DNA of 64,000 bases from an uncultured Acidobacteriota bacterium (GCA_964509835.1 CAZDZC010000003.1:127642-191641); one strand, 5' to 3'; shown: positions 10,043-20,681, counted from the stretch's first letter. The notes: generated by a model from the sequence alone, not told the origin. Translations and numbers: made by a program.

Positions 10043-11548
10043 ATGATCTACGATAACATTGTTATAGGATCGGGAATCAGCGGATTGACAATGGCAATGA
10101 TTCTGGCTATGAACGGAGAGAGTGTTTTAATTCTTGAGAAATCTGATAAAATCGGGGGACTTCTCGGGGGGTTTTACCGTAATGGTATATATTTTGATAC
10201 GGGTTTTCACTTTGCGGGAGGCTTAGCAGAGAACGAATTTTTCAGGCAGGCTTTAGATGTTCTGGGGCTCTCTGATTGTCTTGACATAAGGCTTTTCGGG
10301 TGTGAAGACACTATAGAATATTTGTTTGCCGATAAGAAAGAGGCAAACTGTTTTAATCATACGGACAGAAAGCTTGATATAGGTCTTAAAGAGCTTTTCC
10401 CAAAAGACAGCAAATCAGTATCTGATTTTTTTAAAAGGATTGAAAATATAGCGCTGAAGAGCAGACTGAACAGCCTGAACGAATTTCTTACAGGTACTGG
10501 TAAACTTTCAATGGAAGAAGATTATATATCTCTTGATAATGTCCTCTCCGGTTTATTCAAGAGTGAAAAGATTAAATCAATTCTTTCGGGCTACAATTTA
10601 TGTTACGGTGTCAAGCCATCGGAGATATCTTTTGCAGATCACTGCAGGATTTGCTACTATCTTTACAAATCACCGGGATATTTTAAATATGGCGGGAGAT
10701 CACTGCTAAAAGCGTTTGAAAATAAATTATCCAAATACCGCGTTGAAATAAAAATATCAGATTGTATTTTGGATGTAGGCACATCCGATAATGGCAGAAA
10801 TGTCAGAAATGTGACTCTTAACTCTGGAGAAATCCTTGAATGCAAGAGGTGTATTTTTACGATCCATCCCTATATGATATTGGAAACACTTAAAAATGCT
10901 AAGCTTTCTGCAGCGTTCAGAAAAAGGGTTTCCAATTTTGAGCCGTCGTTAGGGTTTTTCAGTGTTTACGGAACTCTAAAAAGTGACAGGAAATCTGTTC
11001 ACACATTCAGTCATAAAATAATATACCCGTCGGGTGAGAATATGAATAGTATGATGGGTTTCAGGAGTAAAAACAGGGCCATGGCACTTTTTATTCAACC
11101 AATTGATGAGACAACTGGAGGTGAAACCAGAAAAATCTGCGCACTGGAATCATCCTATGCTGAAGATATTTCAGATTTCATTGATCTGGATAATGGGAAA
11201 AAATCAGACAGATATTATGAGTATAAAGAGCAAAAAACATTGTCAATTAAGGACAGGGTTGACGAATATCTTTCATTAGACCGGAACGATTTCAGGGTGC
11301 TGGATTCAGCTTCCATGCTTACTTATAAACAATATTTGAATTCACCTTATGGTTGTGCTTACGGAATCAAACAGAAGATAGGTCAGTTCAATTTGCTGGG
11401 AAGGTTACCGATTAGAAATGTTTTTGCTGCCGGACAGAGTGCTGCCTTACCGGGCCTTTTGGGAGCAATGATGTCCTCATTCATTGTGGCAAAAAATATT
11501 ATCGGTGAGGATAAATTTATGCGTTTTGTTGAGGGAACAATAAACTAG
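10043..11548 (+). CDS. FAD/NAD(P)-binding oxidoreductase, phytoene-desaturase/amine-oxidase-like
   Basis: The N-terminal dinucleotide-binding fold IVIGSGISGLTMAMILAMNGESVLILEK is present. The ~500-aa size is typical of CrtI-like desaturases. Confidence 0.7.
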   Translation: MIYDNIVIGSGISGLTMAMILAMNGESVLILEKSDKIGGLLGGFYRNGIYFDTGFHFAGGLAENEFFRQALDVLGLSDCLDIRLFGCEDTIEYLFADKKEANCFNHTDRKLDIGLKELFPKDSKSVSDFFKRIENIALKSRLNSLNEFLTGTGKLSMEEDYISLDNVLSGLFKSEKIKSILSGYNLCYGVKPSEISFADHCRICYYLYKSPGYFKYGGRSLLKAFENKLSKYRVEIKISDCILDVGTSDNGRNVRNVTLNSGEILECKRCIFTIHPYMILETLKNAKLSAAFRKRVSNFEPSLGFFSVYGTLKSDRKSVHTFSHKIIYPSGENMNSMMGFRSKNRAMALFIQPIDETTGGETRKICALESSYAEDISDFIDLDNGKKSDRYYEYKEQKTLSIKDRVDEYLSLDRNDFRVLDSASMLTYKQYLNSPYGCAYGIKQKIGQFNLLGRLPIRNVFAAGQSAALPGLLGAMMSSFIVAKNIIGEDKFMRFVEGTIN

Positions 11549-12768
11549 TGAACAGAGTGGTTATTACAGGTTTAGGAGCAGTGTCGCCTGCCGGAAATGG
11601 CGTTGACAGCCTCCTGGGATGTTTGAGGAATTCAAAAAACTGTGTAAAAATCATGGATGAATGGAGCGTTTATGGCGGGTTGCTTGGGAAATTGGGTGCT
11701 CCCGCAGAATTGATCAATGAAAAGGAAGTCCCAAGAAACAGCCGAAGGTCAATGAGCCGTATGAGTATTTTTGCTTTGCAGGCTGCTAATGAAGCGATTG
11801 CATGTTCAGGACTGGATCCTGATTTTGTGAGTTCCGGAAATTTCGGTTGCATAATAGGGTCAACGATTGGAAGTTCGGTAACCCTTGAGGAAATATTCAG
11901 AAAGCTTTTACCGGAAAATGATTTGAGCCGTTTAAAATCAACAGATTTCTTTAAATGCCTTTCTCATACAGCCGCAATGAATATTGCGTCATGTTTGAAG
12001 ATCAAGGGGTGGGTAGAATCAACATCTGCGGCCTGCGCATCTGGATTGCAGGCAATAGGATGTGGATTTGATCTGGTGAGAAGCGGCAGGCAGAAGGCAG
12101 TGATCTGCGGTGGAGCGGAAGAGTTGTCTCCGCTTGCTACCGGTTCGTTTGATGTTCTTTATGCGACTTCAACAAGGTATAACACAGAACCGACTAAATC
12201 CCCGCGTCCCTTTGACGCAGAAAGGGACGGACTTGTTTGTGGAGAAGGATGCGGAATTGTCGTTCTTGAGACCCTCGAAATGGCTGAGAAGAGAAACGCA
12301 ACAATTTTCGGAGAAATTCTTGGCTATCATACATGCGGGAACGGGAGTCATATCAGTGATTCAAGCCGTGATGCTATTGTTGCCTGCATAAAAAGCGCTG
12401 TTGCGGACGCAAAGATCTCAATGAAACAGATTGATTATATCAATGCACACGCAACAGGGACAGTTCAAGGGGATCTTGAGGAAGCAATGGGATTAAAGGC
12501 TCTTTTTGGAGAATACGGAACTCCTGTAAGCTCCCTAAAGGGCCATATCGGCCATACGCTTGGGGCTTCCGGCGCATTGGAGTTGATCGCTTCGTTAATA
12601 ATGCTGAAGGAAAATACAATTTTCCCAAATTTGAATCTGGAGCGAACAGATCCTCTCTTTGAGGGAGTAAATCTTTTAAAAGACATAACTCGGGCAGAAA
12701 TAAAAACAGTGCTGAAAAACAGTTTTGCCTTTGGTGGAATAAATGCTTCCATGGTGATTTGCGGATAG
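11548..12768 (+). CDS. Beta-ketoacyl-ACP synthase (FabF/FabB-type KS) with intact Cys-His-His triad; GTG start overlapping upstream stop
   Basis: The active-site Cys sits in STSAACASGLQAIG. The two His residues sit in NAHATGT and GHIGHTLGASG. The protein ends with the KS C-terminal motif AFGGINASMVI. Confidence 0.9.
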   Translation: MNRVVITGLGAVSPAGNGVDSLLGCLRNSKNCVKIMDEWSVYGGLLGKLGAPAELINEKEVPRNSRRSMSRMSIFALQAANEAIACSGLDPDFVSSGNFGCIIGSTIGSSVTLEEIFRKLLPENDLSRLKSTDFFKCLSHTAAMNIASCLKIKGWVESTSAACASGLQAIGCGFDLVRSGRQKAVICGGAEELSPLATGSFDVLYATSTRYNTEPTKSPRPFDAERDGLVCGEGCGIVVLETLEMAEKRNATIFGEILGYHTCGNGSHISDSSRDAIVACIKSAVADAKISMKQIDYINAHATGTVQGDLEEAMGLKALFGEYGTPVSSLKGHIGHTLGASGALELIASLIMLKENTIFPNLNLERTDPLFEGVNLLKDITRAEIKTVLKNSFAFGGINASMVICG

Positions 12769-12792
12769 ACTATTTTGTGTGGAGGAAAAGCA

Positions 12793-13071
12793 ATGAATAA
12801 TGAGAAAATCAGGTCGTATGTTGATGAAATTCTTATAGAGAATTTTGAGTTGAGCAAAGACAAGCTTGATCCTGAAAAAAATCTTTTTGAAGATTTGGGA
12901 TTGGACAGCCTTGATCTTGTAGATTTAGTTGTTGTGCTGCAGGAAAAGTTCAATCTTAACATCAGAAATGATGAACGGATAAGTGCTATCCGCAAAGTGA
13001 AGGATATTTATTCTTATATTGCCGATTTAGCGAAAGAGGGGAAACTCAATTTAGAATCTGATGACCAATAA
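12793..13071 (+). CDS. Acyl carrier protein
   Basis: A ~92-aa protein. DLGLDSLDLVDLV carries the phosphopantetheine-attachment Ser (DSL). The start at 12793 follows a GGAGG RBS. Confidence 0.85.
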   Translation: MNNEKIRSYVDEILIENFELSKDKLDPEKNLFEDLGLDSLDLVDLVVVLQEKFNLNIRNDERISAIRKVKDIYSYIADLAKEGKLNLESDDQ

Positions 13072-13819
13072 GATAAAGCTAGTATTTTTTAATACTTACA
13101 TTTACACTTTATTCCTCATCTACTCAATGGTCACGATTCCTTTAATGTCGTTTGGAGGTGTTTTTGTAATAATACTTAGCACTAAGCGCAAATTTATGAA
13201 ATATTTCCGGCGCTCAATATCTATCTACGGATATATTCTTATCAAGATTGTAATATTTCCTTTCCTGAGAGTTGATTATAAAGATGAATCTCTGAAGAAA
13301 GAAAAAGGCCCGTTTATTTTTGTAGTTAATCATAGGTCGTTAACTGACGCTTTTCTTATGGCTTGTCTGCCGGTTGAGGCAATTCAGGTTGTAAAGGACT
13401 GGGCGACAAAAATACCTGTTTTGGGATTATATGCAAGATCCGCGGGTTATATCAATCTTTCAAAATTGACCTTTGAGCAGTATGAAGAGAAAGTTTCCGG
13501 TTTTTTGAAGCAGGGAGTATCCGTTATATGTTTTCCGGAGGGGACAAGGTCAAGGGGAAAAGAAATGGGACATTTTCACAGTTCAATCTTCAAAATAGCT
13601 CTGAAGGAAAGATGCCGTTTGGTGCCGTTGTGCATAGCGGGAAATGAAGATAAACCTTGCAGAGGATCTTTGGTTTTACATCCCGGTAAGGTTATAATGA
13701 GAAGACTGGAGGCGATAGATCTGGAAAAGGAGAATTTTGACAGTGCTTTCAGGCTCAAAACAGAAACTTGGGGAATTATGGACTGCAAACTCAGAGATCT
13801 TGACGAATTATTAAAATGA
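13061..13819 (+). CDS. 1-acyl-sn-glycerol-3-phosphate/lysophospholipid acyltransferase (PlsC family)
   Basis: The HX4D motif (NHRSLTD) and the FPEGTRS motif are present, with N-terminal transmembrane segments. Confidence 0.8.
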   Translation: MTNKIKLVFFNTYIYTLFLIYSMVTIPLMSFGGVFVIILSTKRKFMKYFRRSISIYGYILIKIVIFPFLRVDYKDESLKKEKGPFIFVVNHRSLTDAFLMACLPVEAIQVVKDWATKIPVLGLYARSAGYINLSKLTFEQYEEKVSGFLKQGVSVICFPEGTRSRGKEMGHFHSSIFKIALKERCRLVPLCIAGNEDKPCRGSLVLHPGKVIMRRLEAIDLEKENFDSAFRLKTETWGIMDCKLRDLDELLK

Positions 13820-15099
13820 TTAAAATTAAAAACCGACCAAGCTTTGCTTCACAAGAGGAAATTATTGAAATCCAGGAAAAGGCTTTAAAAAAACAGATAG
13901 ATTATTGTGTAAAAAATTCAAAGTATTATAAAAAAAGATTCAAAGGTGTTGATGTTTCCGCTGTTAAGCTTTCAAATTTGAGTGATTTGCCTCTGACAAG
14001 CAAATCGGACATGCAGAGGAATAACGAGAGCTTTATTGCAGTTCCGGACGAAAAAGTAACTGATATTGTTTTTACTTCCGGAAGTACCGCAACACCTTTG
14101 AAAGTTGTATTTTCCGAAAATGATTTGAAGCGATTGGCTTTAAATGAAGAAAAATCTTTTCTGACATGCGGGTTATCGTGTTCAGACACAGTTCTTTTAA
14201 CATGTACAATGGACAGATGCTTTATTGCCGGTATGGCTTATTTTCTGGGATTGAGGGCATTGAATGCTTCGGTGCTGAGAACCGGCAACAGCCCCTTGGA
14301 TGCTCAGGCCCGCATTATTGAAATAACAAAACCAACGGCGATTCTTGGTGTTCCCTCATTTCTCAAGAAACTGGCTGAGTATATTCAGGGAAATTATTCT
14401 TCAGAATTGTTTAAAAGCGTAAAACGACTTATCTGCATCGGCGAACCTCTGAGGAACAGACTTATGGAACCTCTGAAAATAACCAAATATCTTGAAAGCA
14501 TCTGGGATGCGAAAGCTTATTCAACATATGCTTCAACAGAAGTTGCTACCACTTTTTGTGAGTGCGGTGATCAGAAAGGGGGTCATCTTCTCCCCGATCT
14601 GGGTATTCTGGAAATTGTAAATGAAAATGGAACCCCACTGCCTGCCGGTGAAATCGGTGAAATTGTAATAACCCCTCTTGGTGTCGAAGCCACTCCTCTT
14701 ATAAGATATCGGACTGGAGATATGGGTTTTATGCTGACAGAACCATGCCGTTGCGGAAGAAACACATTAAGATTGGGACCTATACTGGGAAGAAAGAATC
14801 TGATGTTGAAGGTGAAAGGAACAACGGTTTTCCCCCAGGTAATATTGTCATTTCTGCAGGAAAACAACTATATTTCTGATTATTACATTTCGGTGCACGC
14901 ACTTGATAATCTTTCAGACAGAGTTAAAGTACATGTATCGTTAAAAGACGAAAATGATAAAATTATGAACGAAATTGAAAACGGACTTAAAAGTATTTTG
15001 AGGGTAAAACCGGAATTAATTCTTGAAAATGATGAAACGATGAAAACCGTTATTTACGGATCTTCAAGAAAAGCAAAGAGGATTTTTGATGATAGGTGA
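13816..15099 (+). CDS. Adenylate-forming enzyme of the phenylacetate-CoA ligase (PaaK / coenzyme F390 synthetase) family
   Basis: The ~430-aa size and the short adenylation motif FTSGSTATP match the PaaK-like architecture. Confidence 0.7.
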   Translation: MIKIKNRPSFASQEEIIEIQEKALKKQIDYCVKNSKYYKKRFKGVDVSAVKLSNLSDLPLTSKSDMQRNNESFIAVPDEKVTDIVFTSGSTATPLKVVFSENDLKRLALNEEKSFLTCGLSCSDTVLLTCTMDRCFIAGMAYFLGLRALNASVLRTGNSPLDAQARIIEITKPTAILGVPSFLKKLAEYIQGNYSSELFKSVKRLICIGEPLRNRLMEPLKITKYLESIWDAKAYSTYASTEVATTFCECGDQKGGHLLPDLGILEIVNENGTPLPAGEIGEIVITPLGVEATPLIRYRTGDMGFMLTEPCRCGRNTLRLGPILGRKNLMLKVKGTTVFPQVILSFLQENNYISDYYISVHALDNLSDRVKVHVSLKDENDKIMNEIENGLKSILRVKPELILENDETMKTVIYGSSRKAKRIFDDR

Positions 15100-15102
15100 T
15101 CT

Positions 15103-16569
15103 ATGAGCAACTGCACAGGCGATTTAGTTGATATTTCCGAGCAGGACATAAAACAGGCAATTCAGAAAAAAGGTCTTCTGACAATTGAAATTGAGCCCAG
15201 CCTGAAGTGCAATTTTAAATGTCCCTATTGCTATGTTGCGTCTGATAACAATAATGTGAAGGATTTATCGCTGAATGAGCTAAAAGATGTTATTGTTCAG
15301 GGGAAAGACCTTGGTGCCAGGAATATAATAATACTTGGCGGGGAGCCGATGATTTATCCTCATATTGTGGAGCTTATAGGGTTCATTAATTCGCTGGGCC
15401 TTAACTCGCATATATTCACAAATGGAACAAATATCAGCATGGAGACAGCGGACCTGTTGTTTCAACATGGCGTAAAGCCGATGCTCAAGTATAATTCAAA
15501 GGATAAAAATATTCAGAATTTTCTGTGCGGCAGAGAAAATGCTTTTGAGACCATACAAAATGCATTCAATAATTTACTGGAGGCAGGATATTCAAAAGAC
15601 GGACAGATAAAACTAAGTGTCAGCAGTATCATCTGCAGACAGAATCTACATGAATTACCCGATTTGTGGAGGTTTTTTAAAGGTAAGAATATCCTTCCGT
15701 ACTTTGAGATAATTACTCCCGGAAGTAAAAATACTTCCGATTTGGAGGTAAGTTCGAGTGAATTGAAGAAGCTTTTCCAGGAAATTTCGGAGATAGACAG
15801 GCTTGAGTTTGGAAATACCTGGGATCCTTTGCCTCCGATAATGGGTTACAACTGCTCAATACTCAAATATTCCTGCATTGTAAAATCAAAAGGTTTTGTG
15901 ATGCCTTGTGTAGGAGTAAGCATCAAGATTGGAGATATCAGGCAAAAAAAACTGAAGGATATTATTCATGACAGCGAAATCTTACATGAATTAAGGAATC
16001 ATGAAGATTATATAAAAGAACCGTGCAGAAGCTGTGATGCTTCGCCAAAGTGTTACGGGTGCCGCGGAGCAGCATTCAATTTGACTGGGGACTATCTTGC
16101 CGCAGATCCTTTGTGCTGGAGAAATGATGAAAGAAAAGAGGAAATTGCTTATCTGCCTTTCAAAACGGAAGGCCTTATTCCGCATTTGCCTCCGATGTCG
16201 CAGATAAAAAGGATTTTGTATATAGGTGAAAAAATCGGACATGTGGAATCTGAAATTAAGCGTGATAATATTTTTCTGGACAGCAGCGCGAATCTGGACA
16301 GATGTTTATTTGTAGAGATGGTAGCTCAGGCTGCCGGAGCGCTTGAAAGCTTCAAAGATATGAAAAATTCTCCTCGTGCTCTCAAGGGTTTTCTAGCGGA
16401 TGTAAGTAATTTTGAGTTTAGCGGAAGTGCGGGAATTGGAGATGTTTTGAAAATTGAAATAACAAAGATTGTTGATATGGATAAGATTGCATTGCTTAGG
16501 GGCGAGGTATTTAAAAATAAAGAATTAATTGCTTCCGGCAATATTAAACTATTCAGGGAAAATGGTTAA
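15103..16569 (+). CDS. Radical SAM/SPASM-domain enzyme with ~130-aa C-terminal hotdog-like extension
   Basis: CNFKCPYCY is the CX3CX2C radical-SAM cluster. The Cys-rich SPASM region is CRSCDASPKCYGCRGAA...CW. The C-terminal ~130 aa (..VLKIEITKIVDMDKIALLRGEVFKNKELIASGNIKLF) resembles a hotdog/FabZ-like fold. Confidence 0.8.
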   Translation: MSNCTGDLVDISEQDIKQAIQKKGLLTIEIEPSLKCNFKCPYCYVASDNNNVKDLSLNELKDVIVQGKDLGARNIIILGGEPMIYPHIVELIGFINSLGLNSHIFTNGTNISMETADLLFQHGVKPMLKYNSKDKNIQNFLCGRENAFETIQNAFNNLLEAGYSKDGQIKLSVSSIICRQNLHELPDLWRFFKGKNILPYFEIITPGSKNTSDLEVSSSELKKLFQEISEIDRLEFGNTWDPLPPIMGYNCSILKYSCIVKSKGFVMPCVGVSIKIGDIRQKKLKDIIHDSEILHELRNHEDYIKEPCRSCDASPKCYGCRGAAFNLTGDYLAADPLCWRNDERKEEIAYLPFKTEGLIPHLPPMSQIKRILYIGEKIGHVESEIKRDNIFLDSSANLDRCLFVEMVAQAAGALESFKDMKNSPRALKGFLADVSNFEFSGSAGIGDVLKIEITKIVDMDKIALLRGEVFKNKELIASGNIKLFRENG

Positions 16570-17245
16570 CAAACAGATGTCTGCGGTCACTCCAAAATTT
16601 CAAATAATACTTCTGCTGATTTTTATATTAGTTATCCCGGAAGCCAGCTATTGCAATGCACTGTCAGATAACGATGCGAATGCTATCTTGAAGAGGCTGG
16701 AAGGGAAAATGAGCCTGATCAAATCGTTAAGAGCTGAATTTGTTCAGGAAAAGAGCCTTAAAATGTTTGATCATATCATCCGGATTGAGGGGGTTCTGTA
16801 TATGCAGAAACCCGAAAGCTTCTCGTGGCACACTGAAAGCCCTTTGCGCTATTCTCTTATAATCAAAGATGGTTTCGCAAAGCAATGGGACTCTTCCGCC
16901 GGAAAGATTGAAAAAATATCACTGAAGGACAAGCCTGAATACAATTTCGTGGCTGCCCGAATTAAAGAATGGCTTGGAGCTGATTTTACCAAGCTTAAAG
17001 ATGATTATAAGGTGATGGTGTTTGAGCAAAACCCTCTTGTTGTTAATCTTAACTGCATGCCGGAGAGTCCGGTCTCAGATATGATTTCAACTGTCAAGCT
17101 TACATTCAGGAAAGACGAAAGCTATATTGATAAAATAGAGATATTTGACCCGGAAGGCAATCTGACAACAGTGAATTTTATTTCCGTTACAATAAATGGA
17201 GATATAGACAGGAGGGCCTGGGAGGCTGGCCAGGGTGTTCGTTAA
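16562..17245 (+). CDS. LolA-like outer-membrane lipoprotein carrier family protein (signal peptide)
   Basis: A signal peptide (FQIILLLIFILVIPEASY) is present. The ~220-aa size and its position before the MMPL gene match aryl-polyene-type clusters. The assignment rests on context and pattern, not on a strong motif. Confidence 0.55.
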   Translation: MVNKQMSAVTPKFQIILLLIFILVIPEASYCNALSDNDANAILKRLEGKMSLIKSLRAEFVQEKSLKMFDHIIRIEGVLYMQKPESFSWHTESPLRYSLIIKDGFAKQWDSSAGKIEKISLKDKPEYNFVAARIKEWLGADFTKLKDDYKVMVFEQNPLVVNLNCMPESPVSDMISTVKLTFRKDESYIDKIEIFDPEGNLTTVNFISVTINGDIDRRAWEAGQGVR

Positions 17246-19616
17246 ACCTTATCAATATTTCGCTGAATTAATTTCAAGGAACAGAAAACGGTTTCTTTAT
17301 TTGCTTACAGCTTTTTTTTTGCTTTCAATCGCCACTTTTCCGTTTTGTAAATTCAGTAATGACTTAAGAACAATCCTGCCTCAGAAAGCTAGTATTTCCA
17401 AGCAGATTGAATTTCTCGGAAACGCAGCATTTTCAAACAATATTATTATAAATCTCAGGCTGGAATCTGATAATTTTGATAAAAATGAGCTTTTCAGGGC
17501 TTCGGAATTAATAACCTCATCGCTGGACAGTCCTTTGATTACTGATGTCAAATCGGGAATCAGCGGAAAAAACATTAAGAATGATTATCTTAATTTAAGA
17601 TATCATTTACCGGCTTTTTTTGACGAAGAAGCTTTGGTTTATGCTGAGAAAGCCACCAGCTCTGAGGGTGTTCATGAAAGGCTGAAATCAATATATGATT
17701 CCGTTTTGAAATCAGCTGGAGCATTCAGCTCTTCGTTTATTGAAGCCGACCCGTTTGGACTTACCACCGGTATTCTGCAAAAAGTAAGACATGCTGCAGG
17801 CGCGACTTCTTATAACGCTAAGCTTGATGACGGCTATTTTCTCAGCAAGGACAGCAGGGAAGTAATGATAATACTCAGAACGACAGTAAAAACCACTGAT
17901 TTTGCTGAATCTAAAATACTTCTGGATTACCTTTATGAGAAACTTAAAATTCTTCCTCAACACATTCACGGAACTGTTATTTGTGCCCACAACCATACGG
18001 TCAGTAATTCCGAAGCGATAAGAAAAGATATAAATATCAATATGATTGGGATAAATATTGTCTTTTTGTTAATGATAATATTTGTTTTCAGGGATACAAG
18101 AAGCGTAATGATTTTTCTGCTTCCTTTTCTATCCTTTCCGCTCGCTATCAATGTGACATCATTAATTCATTCTGAGGTTTCGTTTTTTGTGTTGGGTCTG
18201 GGAGCTCTTATTGCAGGTATTGGTGTTGATTTCGGAATACATGCTTATGTTGCGGTCAGGTTTAACGACAATGGGAAGCACCGCTTAAGCGGGATTGTAA
18301 AACCATTGACGATAAGTGTTTTAACAACGATCTCAGCATTATTTGCCTTTTATTTTTCTTCAATTAAGGGATACCGGCAACTAGCAACATTTTCAATAAC
18401 AAGTCTCGGATTATGTTTTTTTCTTGCGTTGTTTTTTCTTCCTCAGCTATTAAGAAAGCGTTCCGGCAACCCTGATTATTTTCATAAGTTTAATCCGGAT
18501 GGTTTTTCCCGGGGGTTTAATTCATGTATATCTTTGCTCTGGCTTGTATTTATTGTCTTTTTCTTTATATTTTTTGATAAGGTTGATTATAAGGGCGACA
18601 TCAGGTTCATGGACGGGACAGAATCTCATATAATAAACGAGGAAAACAGATTTCGGGATGTCTGGATGAATGGGTTCGCAAAAGCCATGCTGGTTGTTGA
18701 AAATGAAAATTTTGAGACTGCGGTGAGGCTGAATGAAAAGTTCTATCAGAAACTTACAGCCAACATCAATACATCTGAAATATCAAGTCTTGCATCAGTC
18801 ATACCTTCCGGTGAAATTCAGAAAAACAATATTGAACGCTGGAAACGATTCTGGTCTGAAACGAGAATTGCTGAATTAAAGCGGGTGCTTTCAGTAGAAA
18901 TGCCTGTATATGGGTTTAAGGAGGGGGCTTTTTCTGATTTTTTTGGATTTATTGAGGATAAAAACATATTTAATGATAGCTCCCTGCCAGAGGTTTCAAT
19001 TTTGGAAGAATTGAAGCGTTTGTTTGTTCTGGAGAATAATGGCAAATACAATATAGTTACATTTTGTAACGATACTTCAGAAAACAGAAAACAGCTTTCT
19101 GATATAGCAGACGGAAATCCATCAGTATTTTTGGTTTCCCAGAATGAGCTTTCCAAGGGAATTCAGGAGACACTCTCTTCAGAACTGTTGCGCCTTTCGA
19201 TAATCGTTGCCACAATTATTTTTTTTGTGGTTGCTCTTCTGTTGATAAAGCCTTTTCAGGTAATGTTTTCCCTTCTTCCCGTTCTGACAGCTGTCTGCGC
19301 GACCCTCGCTGTGACAGTTTCAGATGGAATGACTCCTCCCGCGATCATGGCGCTTGTTCTTGTTATCGGGCTGTCAATTGATTATGGCGTTTTTATGGCC
19401 TTCCGGTTGAACCATGAGCGTGATAATGGAACATGTGTTGGGGTGTTTTTATCAACTTTAACTACATTTTCAGCCGCCTGTATTCTTCTTTTTTCTAATC
19501 ATCCTGTTTTATTTCAGTTCGGCATGGCACTGGCACCAGGGATTCTGGCGGGTTTTCTAACCGCTTACTTCGTTGTTCCTGCTTTGTACAATCTTTTTCA
19601 AAGAACAGGTCAATAA
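17235..19616 (+). CDS. MMPL/RND-superfamily exporter
   Basis: A 793-aa protein with two blocks of ~6 TM helices, each preceded by a large periplasmic loop. This is MMPL topology. Confidence 0.8.
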   Translation: MFVKPYQYFAELISRNRKRFLYLLTAFFLLSIATFPFCKFSNDLRTILPQKASISKQIEFLGNAAFSNNIIINLRLESDNFDKNELFRASELITSSLDSPLITDVKSGISGKNIKNDYLNLRYHLPAFFDEEALVYAEKATSSEGVHERLKSIYDSVLKSAGAFSSSFIEADPFGLTTGILQKVRHAAGATSYNAKLDDGYFLSKDSREVMIILRTTVKTTDFAESKILLDYLYEKLKILPQHIHGTVICAHNHTVSNSEAIRKDININMIGINIVFLLMIIFVFRDTRSVMIFLLPFLSFPLAINVTSLIHSEVSFFVLGLGALIAGIGVDFGIHAYVAVRFNDNGKHRLSGIVKPLTISVLTTISALFAFYFSSIKGYRQLATFSITSLGLCFFLALFFLPQLLRKRSGNPDYFHKFNPDGFSRGFNSCISLLWLVFIVFFFIFFDKVDYKGDIRFMDGTESHIINEENRFRDVWMNGFAKAMLVVENENFETAVRLNEKFYQKLTANINTSEISSLASVIPSGEIQKNNIERWKRFWSETRIAELKRVLSVEMPVYGFKEGAFSDFFGFIEDKNIFNDSSLPEVSILEELKRLFVLENNGKYNIVTFCNDTSENRKQLSDIADGNPSVFLVSQNELSKGIQETLSSELLRLSIIVATIIFFVVALLLIKPFQVMFSLLPVLTAVCATLAVTVSDGMTPPAIMALVLVIGLSIDYGVFMAFRLNHERDNGTCVGVFLSTLTTFSAACILLFSNHPVLFQFGMALAPGILAGFLTAYFVVPALYNLFQRTGQ

Positions 19617-19617
19617 T

Positions 19618-20289
19618 TTGAAAATTTATAAGCATATTGTTTTTTTCATGTTTGCTGTAATGGCCGCAACATCATGTGTTTCAATACCAAATAAAAAGCA
19701 AACTGATAATATGGCCCCAGTGAGGGATTCCGTGAAAATCAGGACGGAATTTCTAAATCTTCTTCCTGATATTTTTGAAACTGACAATACAATAGAATTC
19801 AGGTTCAAAGGGCGTTCCTTATCTGCCATAGGTCTTACAAAAGTTAATGTTCCTGACAAGTCTTATCAAGCGGTCACATTTAATCCTGCCGGTCTGGAGC
19901 TTTTCGAGATCACTTATGATAAAGAAATAATCTGCGGTTATATACATGAGAAATTGAATAAAAAAGGGGATTTGTGCACATGGGTTGCGGAGGACATAAA
20001 AAACATATATTTTGAACGCGTTCCTCCTGCGGATTCATCTGTAATACAAACAAAACGGGAATTGATATTCTCGACGGACAGCGGTGCTAAATCAATGATT
20101 TATGTTTTCAAGGGATCTCCTTGTTATCTTTTTGAAAAAAGACTGAAGGTGCAAGATCGGGTTGTGTGGAGCATCAGGTATGATGATTACTTCAAACAAA
20201 ATGAAAAAATCTATCCCAAGATGATATCACTTAAAAACTACATGTACGGTTATAAACTTGTAATAAAACTGAACGGTGTCAAGGAATGA
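19618..20289 (+). CDS. Hypothetical lipoprotein (possible DUF3261-like); probable TTG start at 19618 giving MKIYKHIVFFMFAVMAATSC lipobox signal
   Basis: An in-frame TTG sits right after the MMPL stop, followed by a lipoprotein signal peptide with the lipobox ATSC. The track ORF begins earlier, inside MMPL. Confidence 0.5.
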   Translation: MKIYKHIVFFMFAVMAATSCVSIPNKKQTDNMAPVRDSVKIRTEFLNLLPDIFETDNTIEFRFKGRSLSAIGLTKVNVPDKSYQAVTFNPAGLELFEITYDKEIICGYIHEKLNKKGDLCTWVAEDIKNIYFERVPPADSSVIQTKRELIFSTDSGAKSMIYVFKGSPCYLFEKRLKVQDRVVWSIRYDDYFKQNEKIYPKMISLKNYMYGYKLVIKLNGVKE

Positions 20290-20681
20290 AAATATTAAAA
20301 AAGGAAATAGATGAATTAGTTGTTGTAAATCCTGAAGATGCTTCTTCAACAAATATTGAAGTCACGCTGGCTTTCCCTGCTGATTTCATCGGATTCAGCG
20401 GGCATTTTCCGGATAACCCGGTTTTGCCTGGAATATGCTCTGTTCTTACCGTGGTTTCGATAGTCGAGAGATTAATATGTTCAACATTAATCCTGGAAAA
20501 AATTATCAAAGCAAAATTTTTATCGGTTATTAAACCGAACGATAATATAAAATTCACCATTGACTGCATTGATGGCTTTAAAAATATCGGTTGCATAGAA
20601 GTTCATGCCGACTTTTACAAAAGCGAACAGAAGGCAGGACATATCGAGATGGTTTTGAGATCGAATGCGGAGAAAATGTAA
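20286..20681 (+). CDS. 3-hydroxyacyl-ACP dehydratase, FabA/FabZ-like hotdog fold
   Basis: FSGHFPDNPVLPGI matches the FabZ active-site motif (HFP..P..PG). The protein is 131 aa. Confidence 0.8.
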   Translation: MKILKKEIDELVVVNPEDASSTNIEVTLAFPADFIGFSGHFPDNPVLPGICSVLTVVSIVERLICSTLILEKIIKAKFLSVIKPNDNIKFTIDCIDGFKNIGCIEVHADFYKSEQKAGHIEMVLRSNAEKM

